DNA of 64,000 bases from an uncultured Pseudomonadota bacterium (GCA_963748685.1 CAVVKB010000006.1:876-64875); one strand, 5' to 3'. Shown: positions 39,464 through 50,220, counted from the first letter of the stretch. Numbers and translations: made by a program. Notes: a model not told the origin generated them from the letters alone.

Positions 39464-39484
39464 GGTTGGGTAAGGACTGAAGCT

Positions 39485-40218
39485 TAAGTCAGCACATTTT
39501 CGAGGGCTTCGACCAGGTCCGGATCATCAATCTTTCCGACCGGCCCGATCGTCGTCGTGAAATGATGGCTGAACTGAACCGGATCGGCGGCTGGCCGGCC
39601 AATTGCAGCTTTTATGATGCGCATCGGCCGTCCGATCCTGGCGGATTTCCAAGCGTGGGCGCGCGCGGCTGCTTCGAAAGCCATCTGAACGTGCTGCGAT
39701 CGGCGCGCGATGCCAAGGTGCAAAGCCTGCTCCTGCTTGAGGACGATGTCGATTTCACCCGCGGTGCGCGTTTGGAGCTTGCCGGCCTGCTGCACGAGCT
39801 TTTCGGCGCTCGCTGGGACTTCTTCTACGGCGCTCACCTGCTGCCCGCGAATGGCCGGCGCGGCCTGCATGAACTGCCGCCGGACCAAGCGGTGTTGACC
39901 GCCTCCTGCCTGGCCTTCGCAGGCTCCACAATCGGCCCGCTGGTCGAGTTTCTGGAAGCGATCATGAAGCGCCCGCCAGGTTCGCCGGATTATGGGCCGA
40001 TGCATGTCGACGGTGCCTACGGCCTGTTCCGCTGCTTGCATCCGCAGTTCAAGACGTTCGCTGCATTCCCGACGATGGGTTATCAACGTAGCTCGCTTTC
40101 AGACATCACGCCTTCAAACATGCTCCTCGATCGGGCGCGGCCGACCAGAAGCATCGCGACGTTGCTCCGCCGCGGCTACAACCTGATGAGGCGTTATTCG
40201 TCAGGGGGAAGTCAATGA
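39485..40218 (+). CDS. Glycosyltransferase family 25-like; start approximate
   Basis: IINL..RPDRR, GARGCFESH, LLLEDD, GPMHVDGAY, QRSS.SDI. Confidence 0.75.
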
Positions 40219-40853
40219 ACGAGTATGTTTATCTGGATGACCCTCGGGCGGACATTTTGAGGATGATCCCACCCGATGGCAAAGTGATCGGAACGATCGG
40301 CTGCGGTCGCGCGGCTACGGAAGAATTACTGATCCGGGAAGGCCGCGAGGTGCACGGCGTCGATGTCTCCGACGAGGCTATAAAAACGGCCAAGGAACGC
40401 CTCACCACCGCCAGGGTCATCAATCCCGGGGAAGAGCGGCCATTCGACGAGGATTCGCTGGATGGGCTGATCCTCGCCGACGTGCTTGAGCACATGCCGA
40501 TGGCATGGACCGCGCTGAGATCATACAGCCGAGCGGTGAAGCCCGGCGGATGGATCGTCATCAGCGTCCCGAACAATCGATACGTCGAAGCCTTGGTGCC
40601 CCTGCTGTTCAAGGGAGAATGGCCCGAATATCCAATGGGCACATTTGATCAGACCCATGTTCAGGTCATGACTCACAAAAGACTGGACCGATGGTGCCGG
40701 GCGGCCGGATTGCGCAAGGAAGCCGAGTTTGACCTCTATGATTTCAGGTTCTTGAGGCGAAACGTCTATCGAGCCATCAACCTGGCAACATTCCGCCTTT
40801 TCAAGAGCTTCCTCACCTTTGAAGTCCAGGCTCGCTACCGGCGGATGTCCTGA
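40215..40853 (+). CDS. Class I SAM-dependent methyltransferase
   Basis: IGCGRAA, GVDVS, LILADVLEHM, ISVPN, GTFDQTH. Confidence 0.8.
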   Translation: MNEYVYLDDPRADILRMIPPDGKVIGTIGCGRAATEELLIREGREVHGVDVSDEAIKTAKERLTTARVINPGEERPFDEDSLDGLILADVLEHMPMAWTALRSYSRAVKPGGWIVISVPNNRYVEALVPLLFKGEWPEYPMGTFDQTHVQVMTHKRLDRWCRAAGLRKEAEFDLYDFRFLRRNVYRAINLATFRLFKSFLTFEVQARYRRMS

Positions 40854-40875
40854 CTTCGCTGTGGCTGACGCCCCA

Positions 40876-42183
40876 TCAGGGCGCCGGCACAAGGGCCTGG
40901 ACGGTCCAGCCCCCAGCGGGGACACCTGCGGTCTTGCCTTCCATTCCATCGCCAAGCTCCATGTTGGAGCAGGTGAGGTGGCGGTTGATGCAATTTTGGA
41001 TCCACCGCGCCTTGGCAATCGGCGACCAGGCCTCGTAATAATCCATGTGGAGCGTGGTTCCGGGCACGACGGGCATTCCCATCTGGGCCATCATGTCGTC
41101 GCTTGACAGCCGCCAGCGCCCGGCGAGGAAGTTGGTTTCGGTGTTGAAGAACCAGCTGTAGGCGATGCCCGGCAGGCGGTAGGGATGATCGAGCGGGCAA
41201 GCCCGCTGGCCCGCCGCGGCGACATAAGCGCCGGCGGCATAGACGACGTGGCTGCGGTGATCGGCGGTATCGAGGTTCTTGCCGTCCCAGCAGGTTGGCG
41301 CGTCGAGGCCGACCTTGAGCCAGGCACCGGCCGGGCAGCCGGCAGCGACCACCTCGGTAATCGTGTGATAGACGCCGTTCGCCGGAGCGAGCTGGTTGCG
41401 CGAGCGGTCGGTACACTCATAGGTCAGGGCCCAATAATCCGGGCTGTTGGTATCGGTCGGCCCCCCGGTCATGCTTTTCATGTTGTAGCCGAAGATGAAC
41501 TTGATGCCGTTGGGAAGCGCCGTGCAATAGCCGGTGTGAGTTGCATCGGGAGCACCGCAATAGGGCGAGCTCGCCGGCAATTGCTTGTAATAGACCAGCA
41601 CCGCGTCGGGCCTGACGACGTTGCCGGTGCCATCGAGCATCGCCGGCATCCAGTAGGACGACCGGTTGAGCGCGGTCGGCTGCCCGCGATTGTCGCAGGT
41701 CGAGCCGCCACTTGCGCGCAAGCTGGCATAGTTTGAGTTCGCATTAGCGGCGGTGTTGCCGATGAACTGATGAAGATGCGAGGCGCCCGGCTGGCCCGGC
41801 AGCGCAATCGGATCGTCCTTCAGCACCTGGCCGGGCAGGCAGAAGAAGCGGAACGCGCCAAGCGGATCCCCGCCATTGTCGATCGGCACCCCCGGCCCTG
41901 CCTCAAGCGCCAGGTTGGTGTCGAAATTGTCGGCAATCGGCGCCTCGCCAACCAGGCCGTTGGGCGATGTCGTCGTCACCGTCACCGTCGTGGTAGTGGG
42001 CGGTGGAGGCGTTGGCGGCGAAGGGGGCGTGACCGGGCAAGGTTTGTTGCCTTTCACCACCGTGCCGTTGGGGCAAATGGTCTTTCCTTGCTGCGCAGCA
42101 GCGGAGTCCGTCGACAGGGCGGGATCCATCTTGCATCCACACAAAAGCAAGGCGCACGCCGTGATTGCGGTTCGAATCTTCAT
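40876..42183 (-). CDS. DUF1996 domain lipoprotein, copy 1
   Basis: Lipobox LCGC, Pro/Thr linker; FRFFC, DDPI..PGQPGASHLHQFIGN, NRSSYWMPAM, CWDGKNLD..DHRSHV, CP.DHPY, TLHMDY. Confidence 0.8.
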   Translation of the reverse strand: MKIRTAITACALLLCGCKMDPALSTDSAAAQQGKTICPNGTVVKGNKPCPVTPPSPPTPPPPTTTTVTVTTTSPNGLVGEAPIADNFDTNLALEAGPGVPIDNGGDPLGAFRFFCLPGQVLKDDPIALPGQPGASHLHQFIGNTAANANSNYASLRASGGSTCDNRGQPTALNRSSYWMPAMLDGTGNVVRPDAVLVYYKQLPASSPYCGAPDATHTGYCTALPNGIKFIFGYNMKSMTGGPTDTNSPDYWALTYECTDRSRNQLAPANGVYHTITEVVAAGCPAGAWLKVGLDAPTCWDGKNLDTADHRSHVVYAAGAYVAAAGQRACPLDHPYRLPGIAYSWFFNTETNFLAGRWRLSSDDMMAQMGMPVVPGTTLHMDYYEAWSPIAKARWIQNCINRHLTCSNMELGDGMEGKTAGVPAGGWTVQALVPAP

Positions 42184-42457
42184 AGCATTACCCCCCGGGC
42201 CGCCGTGTCGGCCTCGCCGGAGCAAAATAGGATTGGCCTTCTTACGATTTGGTAATGGCGCCGTTCTAGATTGGTTCACCATTCCAGTTGAACGATGGCT
42301 CGAATTCGCGATTTAGCGGAAGATAAACCGCGTTACGGCGGCGAGCCCTTAGCACGGCCGAGGTGGGCGTCGACGCAGTTCGCGTGGAACGTCGACTTGG
42401 CGAACGGCGACCGGCCCTCAAACTAGTTCTGACAATCGCTTGCCTGGCTAGCCGAGA

Positions 42458-43742
42458 TCAGGGCGCCGGTACGAGGGGCTGCACCATCCAGCCTCCGGCG
42501 GGCACGCCGCCGTCCTTGCCTTCCATCCCGTCACCCAGCTCCATGTTGGAGCAGGTCAGGTGGCGGTTGATGCAATTCTGGATCCAGCGGGCTTTGGCAA
42601 TCGGCGACCACGCCTCGAAATAGTCCATGTGGAGCGTGGTTCCGGGCGCGACCGGACGGCCCATCTGGGCCATCATGTCGTCGCTCGACAGGCGCCAGCG
42701 GCCGGCCAGGAAGTTGGCGTCGGTGTTGAAGAACCAGCTATAGGCGATGCCCGGCAGCCGGTACGGGTGGTCGGCCGGACAGGCGCGCTGGCCAGCCCCA
42801 GCGACATAAGCGCCGGCGGCATAGACGACGTGGCTGCGGTGATCGGCCGTGTCGAGGTTCTTGCCGTCCCAGCACGTCGGTGCGTCGAGGCCGACCTTGA
42901 GCCAGGCGCCGGCGGGGCAGCCCGCGCTGACCGCCTGGGGAATGGTGCGGTAGACGCCATTCGCCGGAGCCAGCTGGTTGCGGGAGCGGTCGGTACACTC
43001 GAAGGTCAGGGCCCAATAATCCGGGCTGTTGGCATCGGTCGGGCCGCCGGTCATGGTCTTCATGTTGTAGCCGAAGATGAACCGGATGCCGTTGGGGAGC
43101 GCGGTGCAAAAACCGGTGTGAGTTGCATCGGGAGCACCGCAATAGGGCGAGCTCGCCGGCAATTGCTTGTAATAGACCAGCACCGCATCGGGCTTGACCA
43201 CGTTGCCGGTGCCGTCGAGCATGGCCGGCATCCAATAGGACGACCGGTTGAGCGCTGCAGGCTGACCGCGATTATCGCAGGTCGAGCCGCCGCTCGTCCG
43301 CAGGCTCGCATAAGTCGAATTGGCATTGGCGCCGGTGTTGCCGATGAACTGATGGAGATGCAGACGCGCCCGGCTGACCCGGCAGCGCGACCGGATCGTC
43401 CTTCAGCACCTGGCCGGGCAGGCAGAAGAACCGGAATGCGCCAAGCGGATCGCCGCCATTGTCGATCGGCACTCCCGGCCCCGCCTCGAGCGCGGTTGAA
43501 ATGTCGAAATTGTCCGCGATGTCCTTCTCCCCGGCCGCGCCATTGGGAGAAAGCACGTCGAACCCCACGGTGCTGGTGGGTTGAGTGGTCGGCGGAGGAG
43601 TAGTCACCACGGCGGTCGTCGAACTCGTATCTACGAGACCGGCAGACGGAGCCGAGCCATTCGTGCCACAGCCCGCAACAGCCGCAACGGCGGTCACCAG
43701 CACAGCGCGCCAGGCGCGGCGAAAATTCTTGAATTCAATCAC
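42458..43742 (-). CDS. DUF1996 domain lipoprotein, copy 2; frameshift near 43360
   Basis: Lipobox VAGC, Thr/Pro linker, same DUF1996 motifs, nearly identical to copy 1 over the domain. Confidence 0.8.
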
Positions 43743-43817
43743 TATGTACCCACCCCGGATTAACAGAAAATCTATATTTCTGAAAGTCTTCCGCTTCGGG
43801 TAGGTTGGATGGAAATG

Positions 43818-43833
43818 GTTGAGTAGTCCTTAA
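43818..43833 (-). promoter_or_regulatory. CtrA-like box (TTAA-N7-TCAAC on the minus strand) upstream of DUF1996 copy 2
   Basis: Plus strand GTTGA-GTAGTCC-TTAA, one mismatch from TTAA-N7-TTAAC. Confidence 0.4.
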
Positions 43834-43876
43834 AACGGTTACCACTGATTACCGCCGCTGTTTCCGACGACCCGAT

Positions 43877-45118
43877 TTATGGGTGCGGCAAGTCGCCGCC
43901 GGATTGTTCGCGAACCGACTCCGCCCTTGAGGTACGAACCCACTCGCTCGGCGCGCCGGATCGCACGAATCTCAGATAAAGCGGGATTTTCCACAGCATG
44001 TAGAGAGGAATTCGGGCCAGCGCTCCCAGCGTCACGAACTGTGAGCCCCCCGCCCGCCACGCCCCGACGATCGCGACGCCCGCCAGGATGAGAAGCGCAA
44101 GGAGCAGGAGAACCGGCCAGCTGTTCGCTCCCGACCACCAAGTCACGGCGCCCGCCAGCATCAACGCAATAACGTCGACCATCGCTAGCAAAGCGAGCGG
44201 CGGAATCAGCAGGTTGATCGCCGCCCAGGCACTGCGCCAGTCTCCCCGCCCAACGCTTCGCACGAGCAAGGACGGGCCGGCGCGGATTGCATTGCGCAGG
44301 AATCCGCCTTCCCATCGCGACCGCTGCGAGAGCGTGTTCTGGTCAGTCTCCGCGGCACTGGAAACGCTCGCCCGTTCCACGAACAGCACACCATGACCCT
44401 GTCGCGATAGCTCCAGGCTAAGCTTCAGATCCTCGACGATTTCATCGGTCGCAATGTCCACCGTCTGAAAGACCGCCCACGGAAAGGCCATGCCGGTGCC
44501 GAGCAATTGCCCGTGCCCGGCGAGCCTTTGGAGACCGCGCTGACGGATGACGTTCTTGACGAAGAAGGCGAACGTGGAGAGCTGCACCGCCGGAGAGCTG
44601 AGCGGGCTCGGCTGTTGTACATTCCTCGCCTGGCAGGGCCTTCCAGTGGCCGCGCATACAGCAATCAATTGCACGATGCTTGCACGATCCATGGAGCAAT
44701 CGGCATCCACGATCAGGACGATATCGGGCGGGCTGCGTTGCAGGCTTTGGCGCGCGAAATCCAAAGCGAATCCCTTGCCCCGCAGAAGCGGGTCGTGACG
44801 CTCGAGGACATCCACGCCAAGCCGCCGAGCAATGGCCGCGGTGGAATCGCTGCAATTGTCGGCGATCACCAGCAGCTTTGCTTCATGTCCGCCCGCCGCT
44901 TTGAGTGCCGTTAGCCGGTCGTGAAGGATCGCCTCTTCGTCATGTGCGGGGACGATGATCACTGCGCGCGCGCGCGGAGCCGCCGGAATGTCCATGACTG
45001 CCAGCGGCCTCAGGCCCGCAAAAACTTCGACCACGAAGCAGAGCGTCAAGATTGACAGGGGCATCAGTAGCAAGGCGATGAGGACGGTCACGAACGATCC
45101 TAAAAGATGGAGGCTCAA
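43877..45118 (-). CDS. Glycosyltransferase family 2 (membrane-associated)
   Basis: IVPAHDEE, IADNCSDST, GKGFAL, IVDADC, GTGMAF, IVEDL, QRSRW (D,D,D,QxxRW-type) and C-terminal TMs. Confidence 0.88.
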   Translation of the reverse strand: MSLHLLGSFVTVLIALLLMPLSILTLCFVVEVFAGLRPLAVMDIPAAPRARAVIIVPAHDEEAILHDRLTALKAAGGHEAKLLVIADNCSDSTAAIARRLGVDVLERHDPLLRGKGFALDFARQSLQRSPPDIVLIVDADCSMDRASIVQLIAVCAATGRPCQARNVQQPSPLSSPAVQLSTFAFFVKNVIRQRGLQRLAGHGQLLGTGMAFPWAVFQTVDIATDEIVEDLKLSLELSRQGHGVLFVERASVSSAAETDQNTLSQRSRWEGGFLRNAIRAGPSLLVRSVGRGDWRSAWAAINLLIPPLALLAMVDVIALMLAGAVTWWSGANSWPVLLLLALLILAGVAIVGAWRAGGSQFVTLGALARIPLYMLWKIPLYLRFVRSGAPSEWVRTSRAESVREQSGGDLPHP

Positions 45119-45131
45119 TTAATCCGTCCCA

Positions 45132-45149
45132 GTTAAAGACGCCTTCAAC
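45132..45149. promoter_or_regulatory. CtrA-like box in the divergent GT2/xrtV promoter
   Basis: GTTAA-AGACGCC-TTCAAC. Confidence 0.4.
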
Positions 45150-45207
45150 TTGCGGCAATCTACGCGAAAGATTAGCGTCTTCGATCGAGCGTCATTGAGG
45201 TAGCCGG

Positions 45208-46107
45208 GTGAACTTCAACAGTCCGACATCAATTGCGCAGGCCGCGCATCCGGAATCCAGGCGGCTCGCAACGCTTCCGAACGTCGTCCTTCTGATCGGC
45301 TGTGCGGTGCTGGTCCTGCCGACGATGTTCCAGGTGGCCCGTGAAACCTGGTCGACAGAGCAAGGTGGCCACGGTCCGCTGGTTCTCGCCACCGGCCTGT
45401 GGGCGGTTTGGCGCGAGCTTAAAGCCAGGCAGCCGGAACTTCATACAGGCAACGCGATCCCGTCCCTGCTTCTGCTGGCCGCTTCGCTGACCCTGTTCGT
45501 TCTCGCCCGCATCACGGGAATTCTCGAGATCGAAGGCTTCGCGATGTACGGGGCGGTGATCGCAGGTGCCTATTTCATCGTCGGCGGCGCGGTGATGCGC
45601 GCCACTTGGCTCCCGCTCGTCTATCTGGCTTTCGCGCTGCCGCCACCCGATACCGTCGTGGCCGCCGTGACCCAGCCGATTAAGATTGCGATCTCGTCGT
45701 GGGCCGTGTCCGTCCTCCATGCGTTCGGCCTGCCGATCGCGAGTTCCGGAGTGACGATCCAGATCGGGCAATATCAGCTGCTCGTCGCGGCAGCGTGCGC
45801 GGGGCTCAATTCGATCGTGACCCTCACCGCGCTCTGTCTGTTCTATGTCTACCTGAGGCACCGGTCGAACCCGATCGCATTCCTGGTGATAGCTGTGGCG
45901 GCAATTCCGATCGCGGTCCTCTCGAACTTCGTGAGAGTGCTGGTCCTCGTCCTCGTGACCTATTATCTGGGCGACGCTGCAGCGCAGGGCTTCCTGCACG
46001 ATTTCGCCGGCTTGCTCATGTTCGCCATCGCGCTCCTCGCGGTATTTGGCGTCGACAAGCTCGTCACGCCCCTGTTGCTCGAACGCAAACCGGTCACCGC
46101 TCCATGA
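45208..46107 (+). CDS. xrtV: Exosortase V
   Basis: WSTEQGGHGPLVL, about 8 TMs, catalytic triad segments VAAACAGLNS (Cys), NFVRV (Arg), FLHDFAG (His); flanked by EpsI and an accessory gene. Confidence 0.88.
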   Translation: MNFNSPTSIAQAAHPESRRLATLPNVVLLIGCAVLVLPTMFQVARETWSTEQGGHGPLVLATGLWAVWRELKARQPELHTGNAIPSLLLLAASLTLFVLARITGILEIEGFAMYGAVIAGAYFIVGGAVMRATWLPLVYLAFALPPPDTVVAAVTQPIKIAISSWAVSVLHAFGLPIASSGVTIQIGQYQLLVAAACAGLNSIVTLTALCLFYVYLRHRSNPIAFLVIAVAAIPIAVLSNFVRVLVLVLVTYYLGDAAAQGFLHDFAGLLMFAIALLAVFGVDKLVTPLLLERKPVTAP

Positions 46108-46796
46108 TGCCCGTTTCCGACAACTCCGATGTGCCAAGGGCCGATCGCCGCAAGTTCCTGCTCGGGCTTCTCTTTTGCTCGGCTGCCGGCATCGCCGCCT
46201 GGCGACAGCCTTGGAAGCAAATTGATTATCTCGGACGACACAAGCTCGACGACGTCGTGCCCAAGACTATCGGGCGGTGGAGCTTCGAAACCACCAGCGG
46301 GCTCGTCCTCCCACCCGACGATCCCTACCTCAAATCGATTTACACAAACCTTTTGACGAGGGTTTATTCGGACGGGAGCGGTTCGCGGATCATGCTCCTG
46401 CTGGCGCAAAGCGCGAGCCAGACGGGCTTCCTGCAAATCCATCGCCCCGAAACCTGCTATACGGCCGGCGGCTTCCAGATATCGCCGCTGGCGCCGCATC
46501 CTATCCAGCTCGGCAACAAGGTCGTTCATGCCAATGCGATGGAGGCGATCGGGAATGAAGCGCCGGAACACATCGTCTATTGGACCCGTATCGGCAACTT
46601 GATGCCGCTCAGCTGGCGCGAGCAGAAGATCGCGGTCGCAAAACAGAATCTGGAAGGCCTGATTCCCGATGCCATTCTGGTCCGGATTTCGACGGTCAGT
46701 CCCGATACGGAAGCCGCTCGATCGGCGATCGATGATTTCATCCGGGCCATGATCGCTTCAATTCAGCCGAGCATGCGGTCCGTGCTCGTCGTTTGA
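46104..46796 (+). CDS. epsI: Exosortase-associated EpsI family protein (V-type)
   Basis: DRRKFLLG N-terminus, VPKTIGRW, QIHRPETCYTAGGF, IVYWTRIG, IPDAILVRIST. Confidence 0.85.
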   Translation: MMPVSDNSDVPRADRRKFLLGLLFCSAAGIAAWRQPWKQIDYLGRHKLDDVVPKTIGRWSFETTSGLVLPPDDPYLKSIYTNLLTRVYSDGSGSRIMLLLAQSASQTGFLQIHRPETCYTAGGFQISPLAPHPIQLGNKVVHANAMEAIGNEAPEHIVYWTRIGNLMPLSWREQKIAVAKQNLEGLIPDAILVRISTVSPDTEAARSAIDDFIRAMIASIQPSMRSVLVV

Positions 46797-46812
46797 CGCC
46801 GCGCTGGCCGGA

Positions 46813-47067
46813 TTAAGCGCCGGATTTGAATTTGAACGGCTTGAGAAAATACATGATTACCGCGATCGTCGCGACGAGGACGAGGATCGCGATTGCGTCC
46901 TGCCCGTGATTACCGAAATAGTTTGCGGCAGCACAGCCGACCCCGGCCGCCAGGTAATAAACAAGCGACGCGTCCTTTTCTGTAGTCTCGCTCGTCGAGC
47001 GTTGGAGAAACAGGACGACTAGTCCGGCGAAGATGCCAAGTGAGACCCAATCATAGACAGTTTGCAC
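46813..47067 (-). CDS. XrtV sorting system accessory membrane protein
   Basis: 84 aa, three hydrophobic segments, TVYDWVSLGIFAGLVVLFLQRS, GCAAANYFGN; adjacent to xrtV-epsI. Confidence 0.75.
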   Translation of the reverse strand: MQTVYDWVSLGIFAGLVVLFLQRSTSETTEKDASLVYYLAAGVGCAAANYFGNHGQDAIAILVLVATIAVIMYFLKPFKFKSGA

Positions 47068-47120
47068 GAACTTCCCCTGTTGCGCTTGCTGAAACGCCCT
47101 AATCGTGCATGGTATGAGCC

Positions 47121-47138
47121 GTTAAATCAGTTTTCAAC
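47121..47138. promoter_or_regulatory. CtrA-like box in the divergent accessory-gene/epsD promoter
   Basis: GTTAA-ATCAGTT-TTCAAC, the same half-sites as 45132-45149. Confidence 0.4.
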
Positions 47139-47149
47139 GGGGCATCTAA

Positions 47150-47968
47150 ATGCGTAAGCGGATCATGCTGACTGTCTTCGTGGCGTTGATGGCGTCGTCC
47201 TGCCAGAAGAAGGCGAGCGGGCAAACGGTCGCGGTCGTCAACGGCGAGGAGATCACTGCCTCGGAGCTCAACGACGCATTGACGAGCGACAACGTCGCCG
47301 CTGGGGCGAATACGAAGGAAGTGCGGGCAGCCGAGCTGCAGAAACTGATCGATCGCAAGCTGATGGTTCAGCAAGCTCGATCGGACGGTCTCGATAAATC
47401 CCCGGAATTCCTCAATCAGCAGCGGCGCATGACCGAAGACCTGCTGCTGAATATACTCATCGGCAAGAAGCTGAACACGTCCCAACTCCCCTCGGCCAAT
47501 GAAATTGCCAGCTACGAAGCGGCTCATCCGCAGATCTTCGCCGGACGCGAGATCTGGACGTTGGACCAGATCATCTACCCGATTTCCAAGGACGCTTCGG
47601 TCAACGCCAAGCTGGGGGCTGCAAAGACCCTTCCCGAGGTCGCTCAGATTCTGACGGCGAGCAATATTCAATTCAATCGTGGCTCGAGAAAGGTCGACAC
47701 GGCGGTCTTCCCGAACGACATCTACGCGCAGATCAGCCGCGTCGGTCCGGGCGAGCCGTTCATTGCGCCGGGTGCCGACAAAGCCGTGGCGAACGTCATT
47801 TCAGCACGTGAGCCCGCACCGCTCGCCGGCGACCAGGCGCGCGCCGTGGCCCTTAACGCCATGCGCAAGGATGACGCCACGAAGATCGTTCAGGATCGGG
47901 TGAAGGATCTGCGCGCCAAGGCCAAGATTCAGTATCAGCCCGGCTTCGAGCCGCCCGCCAAGAAGTAG
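47150..47968 (+). CDS. EpsD-like (SurA N-terminal / PPIase-related) lipoprotein
   Basis: Lipobox ASSC, GQTVAVVNGEEITASELN, LQKLIDRKL, GLDKSPEFL, LRAKAKIQY. Confidence 0.78.
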   Translation: MRKRIMLTVFVALMASSCQKKASGQTVAVVNGEEITASELNDALTSDNVAAGANTKEVRAAELQKLIDRKLMVQQARSDGLDKSPEFLNQQRRMTEDLLLNILIGKKLNTSQLPSANEIASYEAAHPQIFAGREIWTLDQIIYPISKDASVNAKLGAAKTLPEVAQILTASNIQFNRGSRKVDTAVFPNDIYAQISRVGPGEPFIAPGADKAVANVISAREPAPLAGDQARAVALNAMRKDDATKIVQDRVKDLRAKAKIQYQPGFEPPAKK

Positions 47969-47973
47969 GCGCC

Positions 47974-48738
47974 TCAGGCTTCCGGATCGCCCTCTTGCGC
48001 CGAGTAATATTGGGCGTAGCGATCCTCGACGCCATAGCCTTCGCTGACCAGGCCGCCGCGGTACTTGTTGAGCACGACGCCCGCGAGGCGTTCATCGCCC
48101 ATCATGTCGACCACGGCCTCGATTTCGCGCTGCGTCGTCTTGCCGTCCTCGGCAACGATTAAATACCCGTCGAGCCACTCCATGATGATCGACGCATCGT
48201 CGTTGGCGAACACTGGTGGAAGATCGCACAGGAAGTAATTGCGATCGTCCGAGTTCTTCATCGAGCGGAACATCGCGGTTGCCCGCTCGCTCGCCAAAAG
48301 CTCTGCCGAATGGACCTGCCCGACGGTGCTTGGAATGATGATCAGTTCCTGGTCCTCGGGCGTGAAACCATCCAGGACGTCCGGCGAGGATTCATCCTCG
48401 AAATAATCGACGATGCTGGTCACGGGATCGATCCCAAAGATGTCCTTTACGGTCCCGCGCCGCAAGTCGAGGTCAACCAGATAGGTCTGGAACCGCGGAT
48501 CGCGGCTCATTGCGGCCGCCAGGTTGACGGAGATGAATGACTTTCCGACGTTCGGCGTGGCTGATGCGACGCCGACCATTCTCCATCCTCGCTCACGCTG
48601 CAGCGACACGAGCTTCGAACGGATGAGGTTGAAGGTTCGCGAACTTGCGTTCCGGCTATCGAAACCGTGCACCAGCCGCTCGCGAGCAAAGGATCGACTC
48701 CAGGGGAACTCAATCGCCTGTGATCGCGCAGGAAACAC
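47974..48738 (-). CDS. CpsD/CapB family tyrosine autokinase (cytoplasmic Wzc domain)
   Basis: Walker A SATPNVGKS, VDLDLRR, CDLPP, VVLNK, Tyr-rich C-terminus (YGVEDRYAQYY). Confidence 0.88.
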   Translation of the reverse strand: MFPARSQAIEFPWSRSFARERLVHGFDSRNASSRTFNLIRSKLVSLQRERGWRMVGVASATPNVGKSFISVNLAAAMSRDPRFQTYLVDLDLRRGTVKDIFGIDPVTSIVDYFEDESSPDVLDGFTPEDQELIIIPSTVGQVHSAELLASERATAMFRSMKNSDDRNYFLCDLPPVFANDDASIIMEWLDGYLIVAEDGKTTQREIEAVVDMMGDERLAGVVLNKYRGGLVSEGYGVEDRYAQYYSAQEGDPEA

Positions 48739-48795
48739 CGGTGCGATCCTCCCCTGCCTGACTTCATTTGCGGAGGAGACCGTGGATCCAATGAG

Positions 48796-50220
48796 CTATG
48801 CTGCAAGACGTTTCTCCCGCGAGAAGAGGCTGGCAAGACGCCGAACTCGCGGCTTGGGATTCGACAAGGGAACGACGCCGAGCACCGGCACGCCCAGCCC
48901 TTCCAATTGGCGCGGACTGCGGATCGGCTTCGTCAGAAACTCAAGTGCCAGCACCAGCAAAAAGCCCAGTCCCAGGCCGGCGGCGGCGCCGCCTGCGATG
49001 AGGAGGGGCCGGTTGGCGAAAAGGGTCGATCAGGCAGGTTGGCGGGCTCGACTAGCGACAGCCGCTCGGCGCGCTGCTCGGAAGCCATCCTTGAGCTATT
49101 CTGTGCCTTCAGCAGATTTTCGGACACGTTCTGATATTGCGTTCGAAGGGTCGCGGCGCGACTTTCAAGCTGCATCGCCTGTTCCATGATGGCGGGAGCG
49201 CGCGCCTGTCCCGCCATTGAGGAACTGGCGCGTGCGAGGCTGGCGTCGCGCTGATCCATCAGCTGGTGAATCGCCGAATTGTTTGCCGCGACCTGCTCCT
49301 GAACGACGGCGCTGTCGTCGGGTGCTTGCGACGGCATTCGCCGCAGCTGGATGACGCGTTCCCTCGCCGCAATAACATCCGGATGGGTGTCAGAATATTG
49401 GGCCTGCGCGGCAGCCAGGGCTGCCTCGGCACTGGCGAGCGCGCTATTCCCCGCGGGTTTGCGGCTCTGCACGAGCAACTGCCGATTCTCGTTCTGAAGG
49501 GACGTGATTTGAGCACTAACGCTGCCGGTATCGATGAACGGCGACGCACCACTGCTGACGAGTGCCGCTCCGTTCCGCGCTTTGAGGGACGTCAAATTCC
49601 CTTCAATGTCCTGGATCTGCGCCTGAAGCTTGTTGGCCTGGTCCTGCAGAAATCGGACAGTCAGAGCTCGCCTGATCCTCAACGTCCGCGCTATCCATGC
49701 TGAGGAATTTGCTGGCGAAGCTCTGAAGGACGGCCTGGGCCTTGCCGGGCTCCGGATAATCGAACGACATGGCAATCGCGACCGTGCTGTTCTGCGAGCC
49801 TGACTGCTGTCCAATATCGCTCGACAGCGCGCTGACCGACGTTGAGCGACGCATCTTCTCGATGATCTTCGACATCGGCTGCGAGCGACGCTCGTCGGAG
49901 TAAAGATCATTCTGTTCGATCAGCTGGATGAGGTCGCCGCGACTGAGCACCTGCTGACGGATCCGCGCGATGCGTTGTTCAACCGCGCCGTTCGTCGGTA
50001 AATCAACCAGCGAGGTCGGCAGGTCCTGTGACTGGACCAGCAAGGTCGCCGATGAACGATAAACTCGTGGAAGAGAGAAAGCAGCAACGACGCCGGCCAG
50101 CAGAAGGCAGAGGAAACAAGCGAGAACCAGGTACCGGCGCTGCCAGATGATGATCGGCAGGTGATTGATCATCCAGGTCGGGGCTGGCTTGTCTCCTTCA
50201 ATCGTGTCCATCGCAATCAA
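48796..50220 (-). CDS. Polysaccharide co-polymerase / chain-length determinant (GumC/Wzz-like); frameshifted
   Basis: N-terminal TM then LPRVYRSSATLLV, coiled coil, YSDTHPDV, LVEPANLPDRPFSP, C-terminal TM. Confidence 0.85.

Noticed and set aside
42313-42328. TTAG-N7-TAAAC upstream of DUF1996 copy 1 as another CtrA box
   Set aside because: Two mismatches and no symmetry, too weak to count by itself.
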